Assembly (NCBI GenBank): GCA_047602405.1 | Contig: JASGHJ010000002.1 | Coordinates: 2,400,001 to 2,464,000 of the forward strand | Source: Anaeromyxobacteraceae bacterium | GTDB lineage: Bacteria; Myxococcota; Myxococcia; Myxococcales; Anaeromyxobacteraceae | Length of the DNA: 64,000 nucleotides | Direction of reading: 5' to 3' | Part shown: one piece after another, positions 27,104 to 35,666 of the stretch | Layout: each line of letters opens with the position of its first letter | Numbering within the stretch: the first letter of the stretch is position 1 | Notes under the pieces: generated by a model | What the model was told of the DNA's origin: nothing | The model's input: only the letters and a program-made list of their open reading frames with translations | Database searches by the model: none | Made by a program: the position numbers and the translations under genes

Positions 27104-27850
27104 ATGCCCCTCGAGCTCACGGTCGCCACCCCCGACGGCCCCGCCAGGGCCTGGCTGCACCGCGGCCCCGGTGGCGCGGAGGTCCCCGGCGTCGTCTTCC
27201 TGCCCGACGCGTTCGGCGTGCGGCCCGCCCTGCACGAGATGGCGGCGCGGCTCGCCGGGCTCGGGTACGCCGTGCTCCTCCCGGACGTCTACCACCGGGA
27301 GGGCGCCGTGCCGCCCTTCGACATCGCCACGACCTGGACCACGCCCGCCGAGCGGGCGCGGATCATGGCGCTCATCGCGACGCTCGACGCCGGGCGCGTG
27401 GGGCGCGACTTCGGGGCCTGGCTCGACGCGCTCGACGCCCAGCCGGGCGTGCACCCGGGCGGCGCCGGCGTGGTCGGCTACTGCATGGGCGGACGGCACG
27501 CGTTCCTCGCGGCGGCGCTGCACCCGGACCGCGTGAAGGCGGCCGCCGCCTTCCACGCCGGGTGGATCGTGAAGGACGGTGACGACAGCCCGCACCTCCT
27601 CGCCGGCCGGGTGAAGGCCGCGGTGTACCTCGGCGCCGCCGACGACGACCGCAGCTGCTCGCCGGAGCACCAGGGCACGCTCGCGAGCGCGCTCGGCAGG
27701 GCGGGCGTGCGCTACGCGCTCGAGCTCTACGCGGGGAAGAAGCACGGCTTCGCGGTGCCGGACAACGCCGGGGCCTACGACCCGGCGGCGGCCGCGCAGC
27801 ACTGGCGCCGGCTCGAGGCGTTCCTCGGCGAGCACCTCGGCGCGGTCTGA
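27104..27850 (+). CDS. Dienelactone hydrolase family protein
   Basis: DAFGVRP, GYCMGG, AFHAG, HGFAVPD. Confidence 0.92.
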   Translation: MPLELTVATPDGPARAWLHRGPGGAEVPGVVFLPDAFGVRPALHEMAARLAGLGYAVLLPDVYHREGAVPPFDIATTWTTPAERARIMALIATLDAGRVGRDFGAWLDALDAQPGVHPGGAGVVGYCMGGRHAFLAAALHPDRVKAAAAFHAGWIVKDGDDSPHLLAGRVKAAVYLGAADDDRSCSPEHQGTLASALGRAGVRYALELYAGKKHGFAVPDNAGAYDPAAAAQHWRRLEAFLGEHLGAV

Positions 27851-27973
27851 CGCACACCGCGGGTGCGTCCAAGAACACGACAGGCGCGGGCGCAAGAACC
27901 GGGAAGTGCGACGCGCCGCGCGCGGGCAGACTGACGGCACGTTTCACCACCCGTTCCGTCGAGGTCCGCGCCC

Positions 27974-28399
27974 ATGGACAGCATCGCCTGGAAGAAGATC
28001 CTCTGCCCCGTCGACCTCACCGAGGACGACGGGCCGGTCGTCGAGGTCGCCGCCGACGTGGCGCGCCGCCTCGGCTCGTCGCTCGTCATCCTGCACGTGG
28101 CCGGCGGGGTCGATCCCCAGGTCGTGAACGGGCTCGACGCCCTGCGCGAGCGGGCCATCGCGGCGGGCGCGGCGGAGGTGCGGACCACGGTCGCCGACGG
28201 GGCCCCGAAGAGCACCATCGCGCACTACGCCGACGAGCACGGCTTCGGGCTCGTGGTGATGGGCACGCACGGCCTCACCGGCCGGGCGCACGCGCTCGCG
28301 GGCTCGGTCGCGGAGAGCACGGTGCGCACGGCGCACTGCCCGGTGATGGTCGTCCACCCGGCCTGGCAGGCGCGGGCGGCGCAGGAGGCCGCGGCGTAG
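27974..28399 (+). CDS. Universal stress protein
   Basis: ILCPVD; MGTHG…GSVAESTVRTAHCPVMVVH. Confidence 0.9.
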   Translation: MDSIAWKKILCPVDLTEDDGPVVEVAADVARRLGSSLVILHVAGGVDPQVVNGLDALRERAIAAGAAEVRTTVADGAPKSTIAHYADEHGFGLVVMGTHGLTGRAHALAGSVAESTVRTAHCPVMVVHPAWQARAAQEAAA

Positions 28400-28409
28400 C
28401 GGCCGGGCC

Positions 28410-28769
28410 TCAGCCGCCGGCGACCCGGCTGAACCGCGCGTAGCCGCCCGCGTTCGTCACGTCGGCGTAGCCCGCGCCCTTCAGGATCCTCGCCGCGGCC
28501 GCGCTGCGGGCGCCGGAGGCGCAGTAGACGACGACCGGCCGGTCCTTCGGGATCTTCTTCAGCTTCGCGGAGAGCTGGTGGAGCGGCACGTTGATGGCGC
28601 CCTCGACGGCGCCTCCGCCGAACTCGGCCTCGGTGCGGACGTCCACCACGGTGGCGCCGGCGGCGAGCTTCGCCTTCACCTGCGCCGGGGAGGCGCCGCG
28701 GGAGAGGACGAACTTCAGGGCGAGGGCGACGGCGAGGCCGCCGAACACGGCGAGGGTCATGGAGTCCAC
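28410..28769 (-). CDS. Rhodanese-like domain protein with N-terminal membrane anchor
   Basis: VDVRTEAEF, GAINVP, YCASGARS. Confidence 0.9.
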   Translation of the reverse strand: MDSMTLAVFGGLAVALALKFVLSRGASPAQVKAKLAAGATVVDVRTEAEFGGGAVEGAINVPLHQLSAKLKKIPKDRPVVVYCASGARSAAAARILKGAGYADVTNAGGYARFSRVAGG

Positions 28770-28825
28770 GGCCGTGAGAGCCGCGGCGCGCGGGAAGGGT
28801 TCGGGCGGCGGTGTAGGATGCCCCG

Positions 28826-29953
28826 GTGCTCTCCCCGGCCACCGAGGCGACGGCGCTGCCGGGCGGCGAGGCCCGCTTCCGCGCGCTGACCGGGCTCCGC
28901 TTCCTCGCGGCGGCGCACGTGGTCTGGTTCCACGCCGGCCCGGCGACCGGCGTCCCCGCCCTCGACCGCGTCCGCGGCGCGGGCTGGACCGCGGTGAACC
29001 TCTTCTTCGTGCTCTCCGGGTTCGTCCTCGCCCACCGCTACCCGCGCCTCGAGGGACCGGGCGCGGTGCGCGGCTTCCTCGCCGCGCGCGCGGCGCGCAT
29101 CTACCCCGCCCACCTCCTCGCGCTCGCGGGCACGCTCGTGGCCCTCGGCGCGACCGGCGCCCTCGCCGCCTGGGCCCCGGGCTGGACCGGGCGGCCGCTC
29201 GGGCTCGCGCTCGAGGCGCTCCTCCTCCACGCGTGGGTCCCGCCGACCGGCGGCGTGAACCTGCCCGACTGGACGCTCTCGGTCGAGCTCGGGTTCTACG
29301 CGCTCTTTCCGCTGCTCCTGCCCCGCCTCGGCCGCCGTCCGCCGGGCGCGCCGGCCGGGTTCGCGGCGGCCTGCGTCCTCGCGTACGCGGCGGCGTTCGC
29401 CGTGGCGTACGCCTTCGCGACCGGCGCGGGGCCGCTGCCCGCCTCGAACGCCGCCTTCGGCTGGTGGAACAACCTCCCTCCGACGCGCCTCCCCGCCTTC
29501 GTGCTCGGGATGGCGCTCGCGCGGTACGCCGGCGAGCCGGGCGGCGCGCGGCTCCTCGCGCGGCACGGGACCGCGCTCGCGCTCGCGGGCGCCGCGGGCG
29601 CGGTCCTCGTCATGGCGGTGGTCGACCTGCCCTGGCCCGCGCTCGAGGTCACGGGCACGCTGCTCCTCCCCTTCCACGCGCTCCTCGTGCTCGGCCTCGC
29701 GGGCGGGCGCGGCCCGCTCGCCGCGGCGCTCTCGAACGGTGCGGCGGGCCACCTCGGGGACTGGAGCTACGGCGTCTACCTCTACCAGTGGCCGGTGCTG
29801 GTGGTGTTCCGGGCCGTCGCCGCGCAGCCCGCGGGCCGGCTCGGGGCGGGCGCGTTCCTGGCCTACCTCGCGGTGCTGGTCGCGGTCTCGGGGCTCGTCT
29901 TCCGCGGGTTCGAGGACCCGGCCCGCCGCGCGCTGCGACGCGCGCTCGCGTAG
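28826..29953 (+). CDS. Acyltransferase 3 family membrane protein
   Basis: LTGLRFLAA, FFVLSGFVL, RIYP, WTLSVELGFY, SYGVYLYQWP. Confidence 0.9.
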   Translation: MLSPATEATALPGGEARFRALTGLRFLAAAHVVWFHAGPATGVPALDRVRGAGWTAVNLFFVLSGFVLAHRYPRLEGPGAVRGFLAARAARIYPAHLLALAGTLVALGATGALAAWAPGWTGRPLGLALEALLLHAWVPPTGGVNLPDWTLSVELGFYALFPLLLPRLGRRPPGAPAGFAAACVLAYAAAFAVAYAFATGAGPLPASNAAFGWWNNLPPTRLPAFVLGMALARYAGEPGGARLLARHGTALALAGAAGAVLVMAVVDLPWPALEVTGTLLLPFHALLVLGLAGGRGPLAAALSNGAAGHLGDWSYGVYLYQWPVLVVFRAVAAQPAGRLGAGAFLAYLAVLVAVSGLVFRGFEDPARRALRRALA

Positions 29954-29982
29954 CACGATCTCGAAAATGGCGCACACGCCGC

Positions 29983-30031
29983 TTGACCTCCGCGGCCGAC
30001 CTCGGTAACACGGTCGTCGCCGTCGTGCTAC
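29983..30031 (+). promoter_or_regulatory. Sigma70-like promoter overlapped by a putative NikR operator
   Basis: TTGACC (29983-29988), 17 bp, TAACAC (30006-30011); near-palindrome GTAACAC-N13-GTGCTAC (30005-30031) ahead of an operon ending in nikR. Confidence 0.7.
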
Positions 30032-30048
30032 CGCCGCCCGGAGGGTCC

Positions 30049-30738
30049 ATGCGCCGTCTCCTCGCCTTGCTCCTCGCGCTCGCCCTCCCGGCGGCAGCGA
30101 GCGCCCACGACTTCTGGCTCGAGCGCGAGGCGGAGGGCCTCGTGCTCCGCTACGGCCACCGGGGCGGCGACGCCCTGCCCATCGAGGCCGGGAAGGTGAA
30201 GGCGGCGCGCTGCCTCGAGAAGGGCGCCCCACGCGACCTCCTCTCCTCGGCCCGGTTCGCACCCCGGCAGGTCACGTTCGCAGGCCGGTGCGACGCCGCC
30301 TCCGCCACCTTCGACGGCGGCTTCTGGTCGCTGACTCCGGACGGCGAGGTGAACCGCCCGAAGGACGAGGTGCCGCAGGCCGTGAAGGCGTGGGCCTCGC
30401 GCCAGTTCGCGAAGTGGGTGGACGCCCGGACCCCGGCCGCGCCCCTGATCGTGCTCGGGGACGAGCTCGAGCTCGTCGTGGCGAGCGACCTCACGAAGGC
30501 CCGCGAGGGCGACAAGATCACGGTGCGGGTGCTCTCCCAGGGGAAGCCGGTCCCCGACGCGATGGTCGCCATCGACCACAAGCCGCTCGGGGAGTCGGAC
30601 AGCCAGGGCGAGGTCCGGGTGAAGCTCCGCTCGAGCACGGTCGAGACGGTGAGCGCCACGCTCCGGCGGAGGCTCGCCTCCCCGAAGGCCGATTCCGAGG
30701 TGCTCGAGGCCTCCCTCACGTTCGAGGTCGCGCGGTGA
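30049..30738 (+). CDS. DUF4198-like periplasmic protein (Ni/Co uptake accessory)
   Basis: Signal peptide ending ASA|HDFWLE; LRYGH; V..QGKPVP..V; SDSQGEV; first gene of the nik operon. Confidence 0.8.
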   Translation: MRRLLALLLALALPAAASAHDFWLEREAEGLVLRYGHRGGDALPIEAGKVKAARCLEKGAPRDLLSSARFAPRQVTFAGRCDAASATFDGGFWSLTPDGEVNRPKDEVPQAVKAWASRQFAKWVDARTPAAPLIVLGDELELVVASDLTKAREGDKITVRVLSQGKPVPDAMVAIDHKPLGESDSQGEVRVKLRSSTVETVSATLRRRLASPKADSEVLEASLTFEVAR

Positions 30739-31190
30739 GCCGGGGCGCCCTGCCGCGGGCGGCGGTCCTCACCGCCGCGCTCGCCGCCGCCGCGCCGGCG
30801 CTCGCCCACGAGGTGCTCCACGAGGTGGAGCGCGGCCGCGCGATCGCGGTGAAGGCCTACTTCGCCGACGGCGAGGTGCTCGCCTACACGCCCTACGAGG
30901 TCTACTCGCCCGCGGATCGGAAGCTCCCTCACCAGAAGGGCCGCACCGATCGCGGCGGGTGGCTGGCCTTCGTGCCGGACGCCCCGGGGAAGTGGCAGGT
31001 GAAGGTCATCGACGACACCGGCCACGGGCTCGACCTCGAGGTCGACGCGTCGCTGCCCGCGGCGCCCGGCGCCGGCGGCGCCCCATCGACCCTCGCCTTC
31101 GTCCTCCGTCCGCTCGTCGGGCTGGCGGTGATCGCCGCCCTGTTCGCGCTGCTGTACCGCCACCACCGCCGCAAGGGAGCCACACCATGA
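30735..31190 (+). CDS. Small exported, C-terminally membrane-anchored Ni-transport accessory protein (NikL/CbiL-like)
   Basis: Signal ending ALA|HEV; AYFADG, GRTDRGG, PGKW.V…TGHG; C-terminal TM helix; translationally coupled. Confidence 0.7.
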   Translation: MSRGALPRAAVLTAALAAAAPALAHEVLHEVERGRAIAVKAYFADGEVLAYTPYEVYSPADRKLPHQKGRTDRGGWLAFVPDAPGKWQVKVIDDTGHGLDLEVDASLPAAPGAGGAPSTLAFVLRPLVGLAVIAALFALLYRHHRRKGATP

Positions 31191-32179
31191 TCCGTCCCGC
31201 CGTTCGCCTCGCCCTCGCGCTGGTGCTCGCCCTCGCGGCGCGCCCCGCCCGCGCCCACCACGGCACCGCGGCGGTGAGCGCCATCGGCGCCGAGGGCCCC
31301 GGCGCGGCGCTCGACACGACCTCGCCGCTCCCGCTCGGCCAGGGCACGCTGTTCGTGCTCGCGAAGGGGGAGTACGTGCCCTTCCAGCAGCGCGACGGCT
31401 TCACCGACCAGAAGTCGTACTCCTCCTTCAACACCTTCGCGCTCGGGTACGGCGTGAACCGCTGGCTCTCCGCCTTCGTGTTCCAGCCGTACAACGCGAA
31501 GGCCCAGGACGGCATCGGCACGAACGCCGGGGCGGGCGACACGAACCTCATGCTCTCGGCGTCCTTGAAGTGGGACGACGGGCTCCGCCTCGCCCCCGAG
31601 AAGGAGAGCCTCGACGACCTCGCCGACTGGCACTTCGGGCTGTGGCTCTCCTGCTCGCTGCCGCTCGGGCCCACGACCCACCGGGACGATCACGGTGCGT
31701 TCTACGCGCCGGACATGCAGACCGGGTTCCGCGGGCCCAGCTTCGGGGCCGGCCTCGCCGTCATGAAGCAGCTCTCGCCGGACTTCACCCTGCTCGGCGA
31801 GGTGAACCACCAGCGCTTCCTCGACCGCCGCTACGACGAGGCGGGCTACCGCTACCGCTTCGGCGCCGAGTCGCGCGGGAACGCGGCCCTCGTCTACCGG
31901 GCCTGGGCGAGCGGCGGGCGGCGGGTGGATCTCGCCCCCGAGGTGACCTGGCTCCACCTCGAGCGCGATCGTGAGGACGGGGTGGCCCTGCAGGCCTCCG
32001 GCGGGGACATCGTGTACGGCCAGGTCGGGGCGCGGGTGACGCTCGGCTCCTTCTCCCTGGGCGCGAGCGTGAAGCGGGCGCTCGCGAAGGCGCTCAACGA
32101 GGCCGCGGAGCAGCAAGGCTCCGAGGGGCTCGAGACGCTGCGCGCCTCGCTCACCCTCGCGTGGGCGACGCGCCTCTAG
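31187..32179 (+). CDS. Outer-membrane beta-barrel-like protein in the nickel operon
   Basis: Signal ending ARA|HHG; GAGD, LPLG, MQTGF; alternating strands; coupled to its neighbours. Confidence 0.7.
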   Translation: MIRPAVRLALALVLALAARPARAHHGTAAVSAIGAEGPGAALDTTSPLPLGQGTLFVLAKGEYVPFQQRDGFTDQKSYSSFNTFALGYGVNRWLSAFVFQPYNAKAQDGIGTNAGAGDTNLMLSASLKWDDGLRLAPEKESLDDLADWHFGLWLSCSLPLGPTTHRDDHGAFYAPDMQTGFRGPSFGAGLAVMKQLSPDFTLLGEVNHQRFLDRRYDEAGYRYRFGAESRGNAALVYRAWASGGRRVDLAPEVTWLHLERDREDGVALQASGGDIVYGQVGARVTLGSFSLGASVKRALAKALNEAAEQQGSEGLETLRASLTLAWATRL

Positions 32180-32185
32180 GTCACC

Positions 32186-32828
32186 ATGCACGTCCCGGAC
32201 GGCTTCCTCTCGCCCCAGGTCACGCTCCCCGCGTTCGCGGCCTCGGCGCCGCTGTGGGCCTGGGCCGCGCGGCGCCACCTCGGGCGCAGCGCGGCGGACT
32301 CGCTCCCCGTCGTGGGCGCGCTCACGGCGCTCGCGCTCGTGGTGCAGACGATCATCGATCCCGGTGCCGGGCGGGACCTCGACCCACCTCGTGGGCGTGA
32401 TGCTGCTCGCGCTCCTGTACGACCCGCTCCTCGCGTTCCTGTGCGAGTCGCTGGTGCTCCTCGTGCAGGCGCTCCTCACCGGCGCCGGCGGGGTCACCGT
32501 CATCGGCGTGAACGCCCTCGCGATGGGGCTCCTGGGGCCCTTCGCGGGATGGCTCGTGTGGAAGGCGCTGCGGCGGGTCTCGGAGAAGGTCGCGCTCTTC
32601 GTCGCGGGGTGGCTCTCGATGCAGGTCTCGACCGCGGCGGTCGCGGGGGCCCTCGTCCTGCAGCACCGGCTCGATCCCACGTACTTTCCCACTCGCCCGG
32701 AGGTGGTGCTCGCGGGCATGATGGTGCCCAGCCTCGCGGTGACCGGCGTCGTCGAGGGGCTCTACACCCTGTTCGCCTTCTCGCTGCTCGCGCGCGCGAA
32801 GGTCCCCGGCACCGGGAGGTCACCGTGA
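32186..32828 (+). CDS. CbiM/NikM family ECF substrate-specific component with an apparent +1 frameshift at ~32356
   Basis: MHVPDGFL N-terminus; after the shift PGGTSTHLVG, LVQALLTGAGG..VIGVN, GVVEG. Deleting C32356 gives QTIMIPVPGGTS. Confidence 0.88.
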
Positions 32829-33244
32829 TCGAGCGCATCGGCGTGTCGCTGGAGGGCGAGCTGCTCCAGCAGTTCGACCGGCTCATCGAGCAGAAGGGCT
32901 ACCAGAACCGCTCGGAGGCCATCCGCGACCTCATCCGCGACGCCCTCGTGCAGCGGCAGTGGTCGGAGTCGGACGGCAAGGAGGAGCGGGTCGCGGTCGC
33001 GACGCTCGTCTACGACCACGACTCGCAGAGCCTCGCGCAGAAGCTCGCGCACATCCAGCACGAGAACCACAAGGCGGTCGTGTCGGCGCTGCACGTCCAC
33101 ATGGACGAGCACAACTGCCTCGAGGTGCTCGTCCTGCGCGGGCGAGGCCGCGACATCGTGCGGATGGGCGAGGGGCTCGTCGCGACGAAGGGCGTGAAGT
33201 ACGGCCGGCTCGTGCCGGCGACGACCGGGCAGGACCTCCGGTAG
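32825..33244 (+). CDS. nikR: Nickel-responsive transcriptional regulator NikR
   Basis: RIGVSL…FD…GYQNRSEAIRDLIR (RHH); YDH, IQH, HVHMDEHNCLEV Ni ligands. Confidence 0.96.
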   Translation: MIERIGVSLEGELLQQFDRLIEQKGYQNRSEAIRDLIRDALVQRQWSESDGKEERVAVATLVYDHDSQSLAQKLAHIQHENHKAVVSALHVHMDEHNCLEVLVLRGRGRDIVRMGEGLVATKGVKYGRLVPATTGQDLR

Positions 33245-33339
33245 GGCTCGGGTCGAGGGGGGGGCGCTCGACCGGCGGCACCCGGCAGATCCGGCGCCCG
33301 CCCCTCGTCTCCGACGCCGCTTCGCGGCGTCTACGCTCG

Positions 33340-33554
33340 GGGCGAACGGTGACTGGAGCCTGAGGCTCGGGGCCTCACGCTAGGGCGAACGGTGACTGGA
33401 GCCTGAGGCTCGGGGCCTCACGCTAGGGCGAACGGTGACTGGAGCCTGAGGCTCGGGGCCGCACACTAGGGCGAACGGTGACTGGAGCCTGAGGCTCGGG
33501 GCCTCACGCTAGGGCGAACGGTGACTGGAACCTGAGGCTCGGGGCCTCACCCTA
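33340..33554. repeat. Tandem array of five 43-bp units (GGGCGAACGGTGACTGGAGCCTGAGGCTCGGGGCCTCACGCTA), REP-like
   Basis: Units start at 33340, 33383, 33426, 33469 and 33512 with few substitutions and no spacers. Each contains overlapping hairpins GAGCC-TGA-GGCTC and TGAGGC-TCGGG-GCCTCA. Confidence 0.95.
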
Positions 33555-34230
33555 GGGCGCCCGCTTTTCCCGCGCGGGCAGCTCCTTCGGCTCGCCCTCC
33601 GGAGACCTCGGGCGCGCCGGCGGCTGGTGCTCGGCCATCCACTGCGCGCGCGCCACGAGCATCGCGTCGACCTTCGTGGACTGGACCGGGGTGAGCACCG
33701 GGCGGATCGCCTCGACGGAGGCGCGGTCGAGCTTCTCGAGGTCGGCCATGAGCTGCCGGGTCTTGTCCTCGGAGCCGGACGCCGCGCCCGCGCCGGGTGG
33801 AGGTCCGCCGTCGCCGCGGGGGCCGCCCAATCCGCCGCCCGGCGCCCCCATCCCGCCTCCCATGTCCCCGCCCGGCGGTCCGCCGCCCTCGCCGCCGGCG
33901 CCGATCCCCACGCCCATCCCGCCCGCGTTCGCCTGCATCCCGAACCGCGGGCCCGCGCCGCCGCGTCCCCCGCCCCGCTGGAGCTCGCCGAGGCGGTCCC
34001 GGGTCCGCTGCTCGAGCTCGCTCGCCTTGAGCTCGATCGTCATGAATCTGATCCCCGGTGAGCCCGAGCGCCTCGCGGTTCCGGAGCAGGAGCTTCAGCG
34101 TGGACTCGGGGAGCATGAGCCGCTCGCCCTCCGGCGGGCGGCCCTGCGCCCGGGCGTGAGGGGCGGCGCCCAGGAGCGGCGCGGCGAGCAGGAGGAGGAG
34201 GAGGAGGAGGACCCTGGGTCGAAGGGGCAT
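33552..34230 (-). CDS. Spy/CpxP-like (LTxxQ) periplasmic protein with a Gly-rich insert and an apparent +1 frameshift at ~34045
   Basis: Signal peptide; LGLTGDQ before the shift and VLTPVQ after it. Deleting one base of GAATC (34044-34048) joins the frames (DQIMTIELK). Confidence 0.65.
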
Positions 34231-34342
34231 GGCGCGGATTGTAAGCCCGCCGCGCCCCGGGGCCCGCGTGACGGAATGTGCGCGCGGCCCGCCGTTCCGT
34301 TGGACGCCGCTCGGACCGGCGGGGCATCCTCCTGGGCCAGGG

Positions 34343-35575
34343 ATGCTCCCCACCCCCTCCGACCCGCGGGCCTGGAACCGCGCCCGCCTCGGCGTCGGCC
34401 TCGCGGGGTTCTCCTCGTTCCTGGGCGTCTACGCGACCCAGCCGCTCCTCCCCACGCTCGAGCGCACCTTCGGCGTGAGCGAGGCGACCGCCGCCTTGAC
34501 GGTCTCCGGCTCCACCATCGCCATCGCGATCGCCTCGCCCTTCGCAGGCCTCGTCGCGGCCCGCGCCGACCACCGGCGGGTCATCGCGATGGCCGCGCTC
34601 CTCCTCTCCGTCCCGATGCTGCTCGCGGCCACCGCGACGAGCATCCCGGTGCTCGTGATGTGGCGCGCGGCGCACGGGCTCGTGGTCCCGTTCACGTACG
34701 CCGTGGCGGTGGCCTACATCTCGGAGGAGTGGCCGACCGAGGGGGTCGGGCGCGCGATGTCGTCGCTCCTCACCGGCAACATCCTCGGCGGCGCCTCCGG
34801 CCGGATCATCGGCGGCACCGCCGCGTCGCTCGGCGGCTGGCGCGCCGCGTTCGTGGCGCTCGGGCTCACGACGCTCGCCGGGGCCCTCGCCGCCTCCCGC
34901 GCGCTCGCCGCGCCCGAGGGTGCCCACCGGCGCGCGAGCACCCCACCGGCGCACGGCGGCGGCCTCGTCGGGAGCCTCGGGCTGCTCGTCCGGCACCCGC
35001 GCCTCGCCGCCACCTGCGCGGTCGGCTTCAACGTCCTCTTCACGCAGGTCGCGACCTTCACCTACGTCACGTTCCACCTCGCCGGCTCGCCCCACCACCT
35101 CGGGCCCCGCGCGCTCGGGTGGCTCTTCCTCGTCTACCTCGTCGGCGCGGCGGCGACGCCGGTCGCAGGCCGCCTCGTGGACCGGGTCGGCTCGCGTCGG
35201 GTCCTCTGGACCGCGCTCGCGACCGTCGTCGCGGGCTGCGCCATCACCCTCGCGCCCTCGGTGGCCATGGTCGCGGCCGGCCTCACCGCGATCTGCACCG
35301 GGGTCTTCGTGAGCCAGGTCGCGTCCACCACGTTCCTGCGCGCCGTGGCGCCGGCCGGCACCCGGGGCGCGGCGTCCGGCCTCTACGTGTCCTCCTACTA
35401 CGTGGGCGGCGCCGCGGGCGCCGTCGTGCCGGCGCTCGCCTGGGAGCGCGGGGGCTGGCCCGCCACCGTCGCGGTCGTCGCCGGGGTCCAGCTCCTCACG
35501 CTCGCGATCGCCTGGCGGGCCTGGCGGTCGCCGCCGGCCGCGCCGCCCGGCCCGACCGTGCTCGAGCCGGGGTAG
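34343..35575 (+). CDS. MFS transporter (YnfM-like)
   Basis: YATQPLLP, AYISEE, GGASGR, GWR, ASGLYVSSYYVGG; about 12 TM segments. Confidence 0.9.
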   Translation: MLPTPSDPRAWNRARLGVGLAGFSSFLGVYATQPLLPTLERTFGVSEATAALTVSGSTIAIAIASPFAGLVAARADHRRVIAMAALLLSVPMLLAATATSIPVLVMWRAAHGLVVPFTYAVAVAYISEEWPTEGVGRAMSSLLTGNILGGASGRIIGGTAASLGGWRAAFVALGLTTLAGALAASRALAAPEGAHRRASTPPAHGGGLVGSLGLLVRHPRLAATCAVGFNVLFTQVATFTYVTFHLAGSPHHLGPRALGWLFLVYLVGAAATPVAGRLVDRVGSRRVLWTALATVVAGCAITLAPSVAMVAAGLTAICTGVFVSQVASTTFLRAVAPAGTRGAASGLYVSSYYVGGAAGAVVPALAWERGGWPATVAVVAGVQLLTLAIAWRAWRSPPAAPPGPTVLEPG

Positions 35576-35666
35576 GCGCCCGGCCCGTTCCAGCCGGGGA
35601 ACGGTCTCTTCCCGGAGGTGGCGTTGTGGCCGCCGGGCCGCGGCCTTACATCCCCCGCCGGAGGTC

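Noticed and set aside
32186..33244. Apparent NikM-NikR fusion ORF (352 aa)
   Set aside because: Artefact of the +1 frameshift at ~32356. The middle is out-of-frame sequence and nikR has its own RBS and GTG at 32825.
33340..33554. CRISPR array
   Set aside because: Units are contiguous and near-identical with no unique spacers, and no cas genes are in the window.
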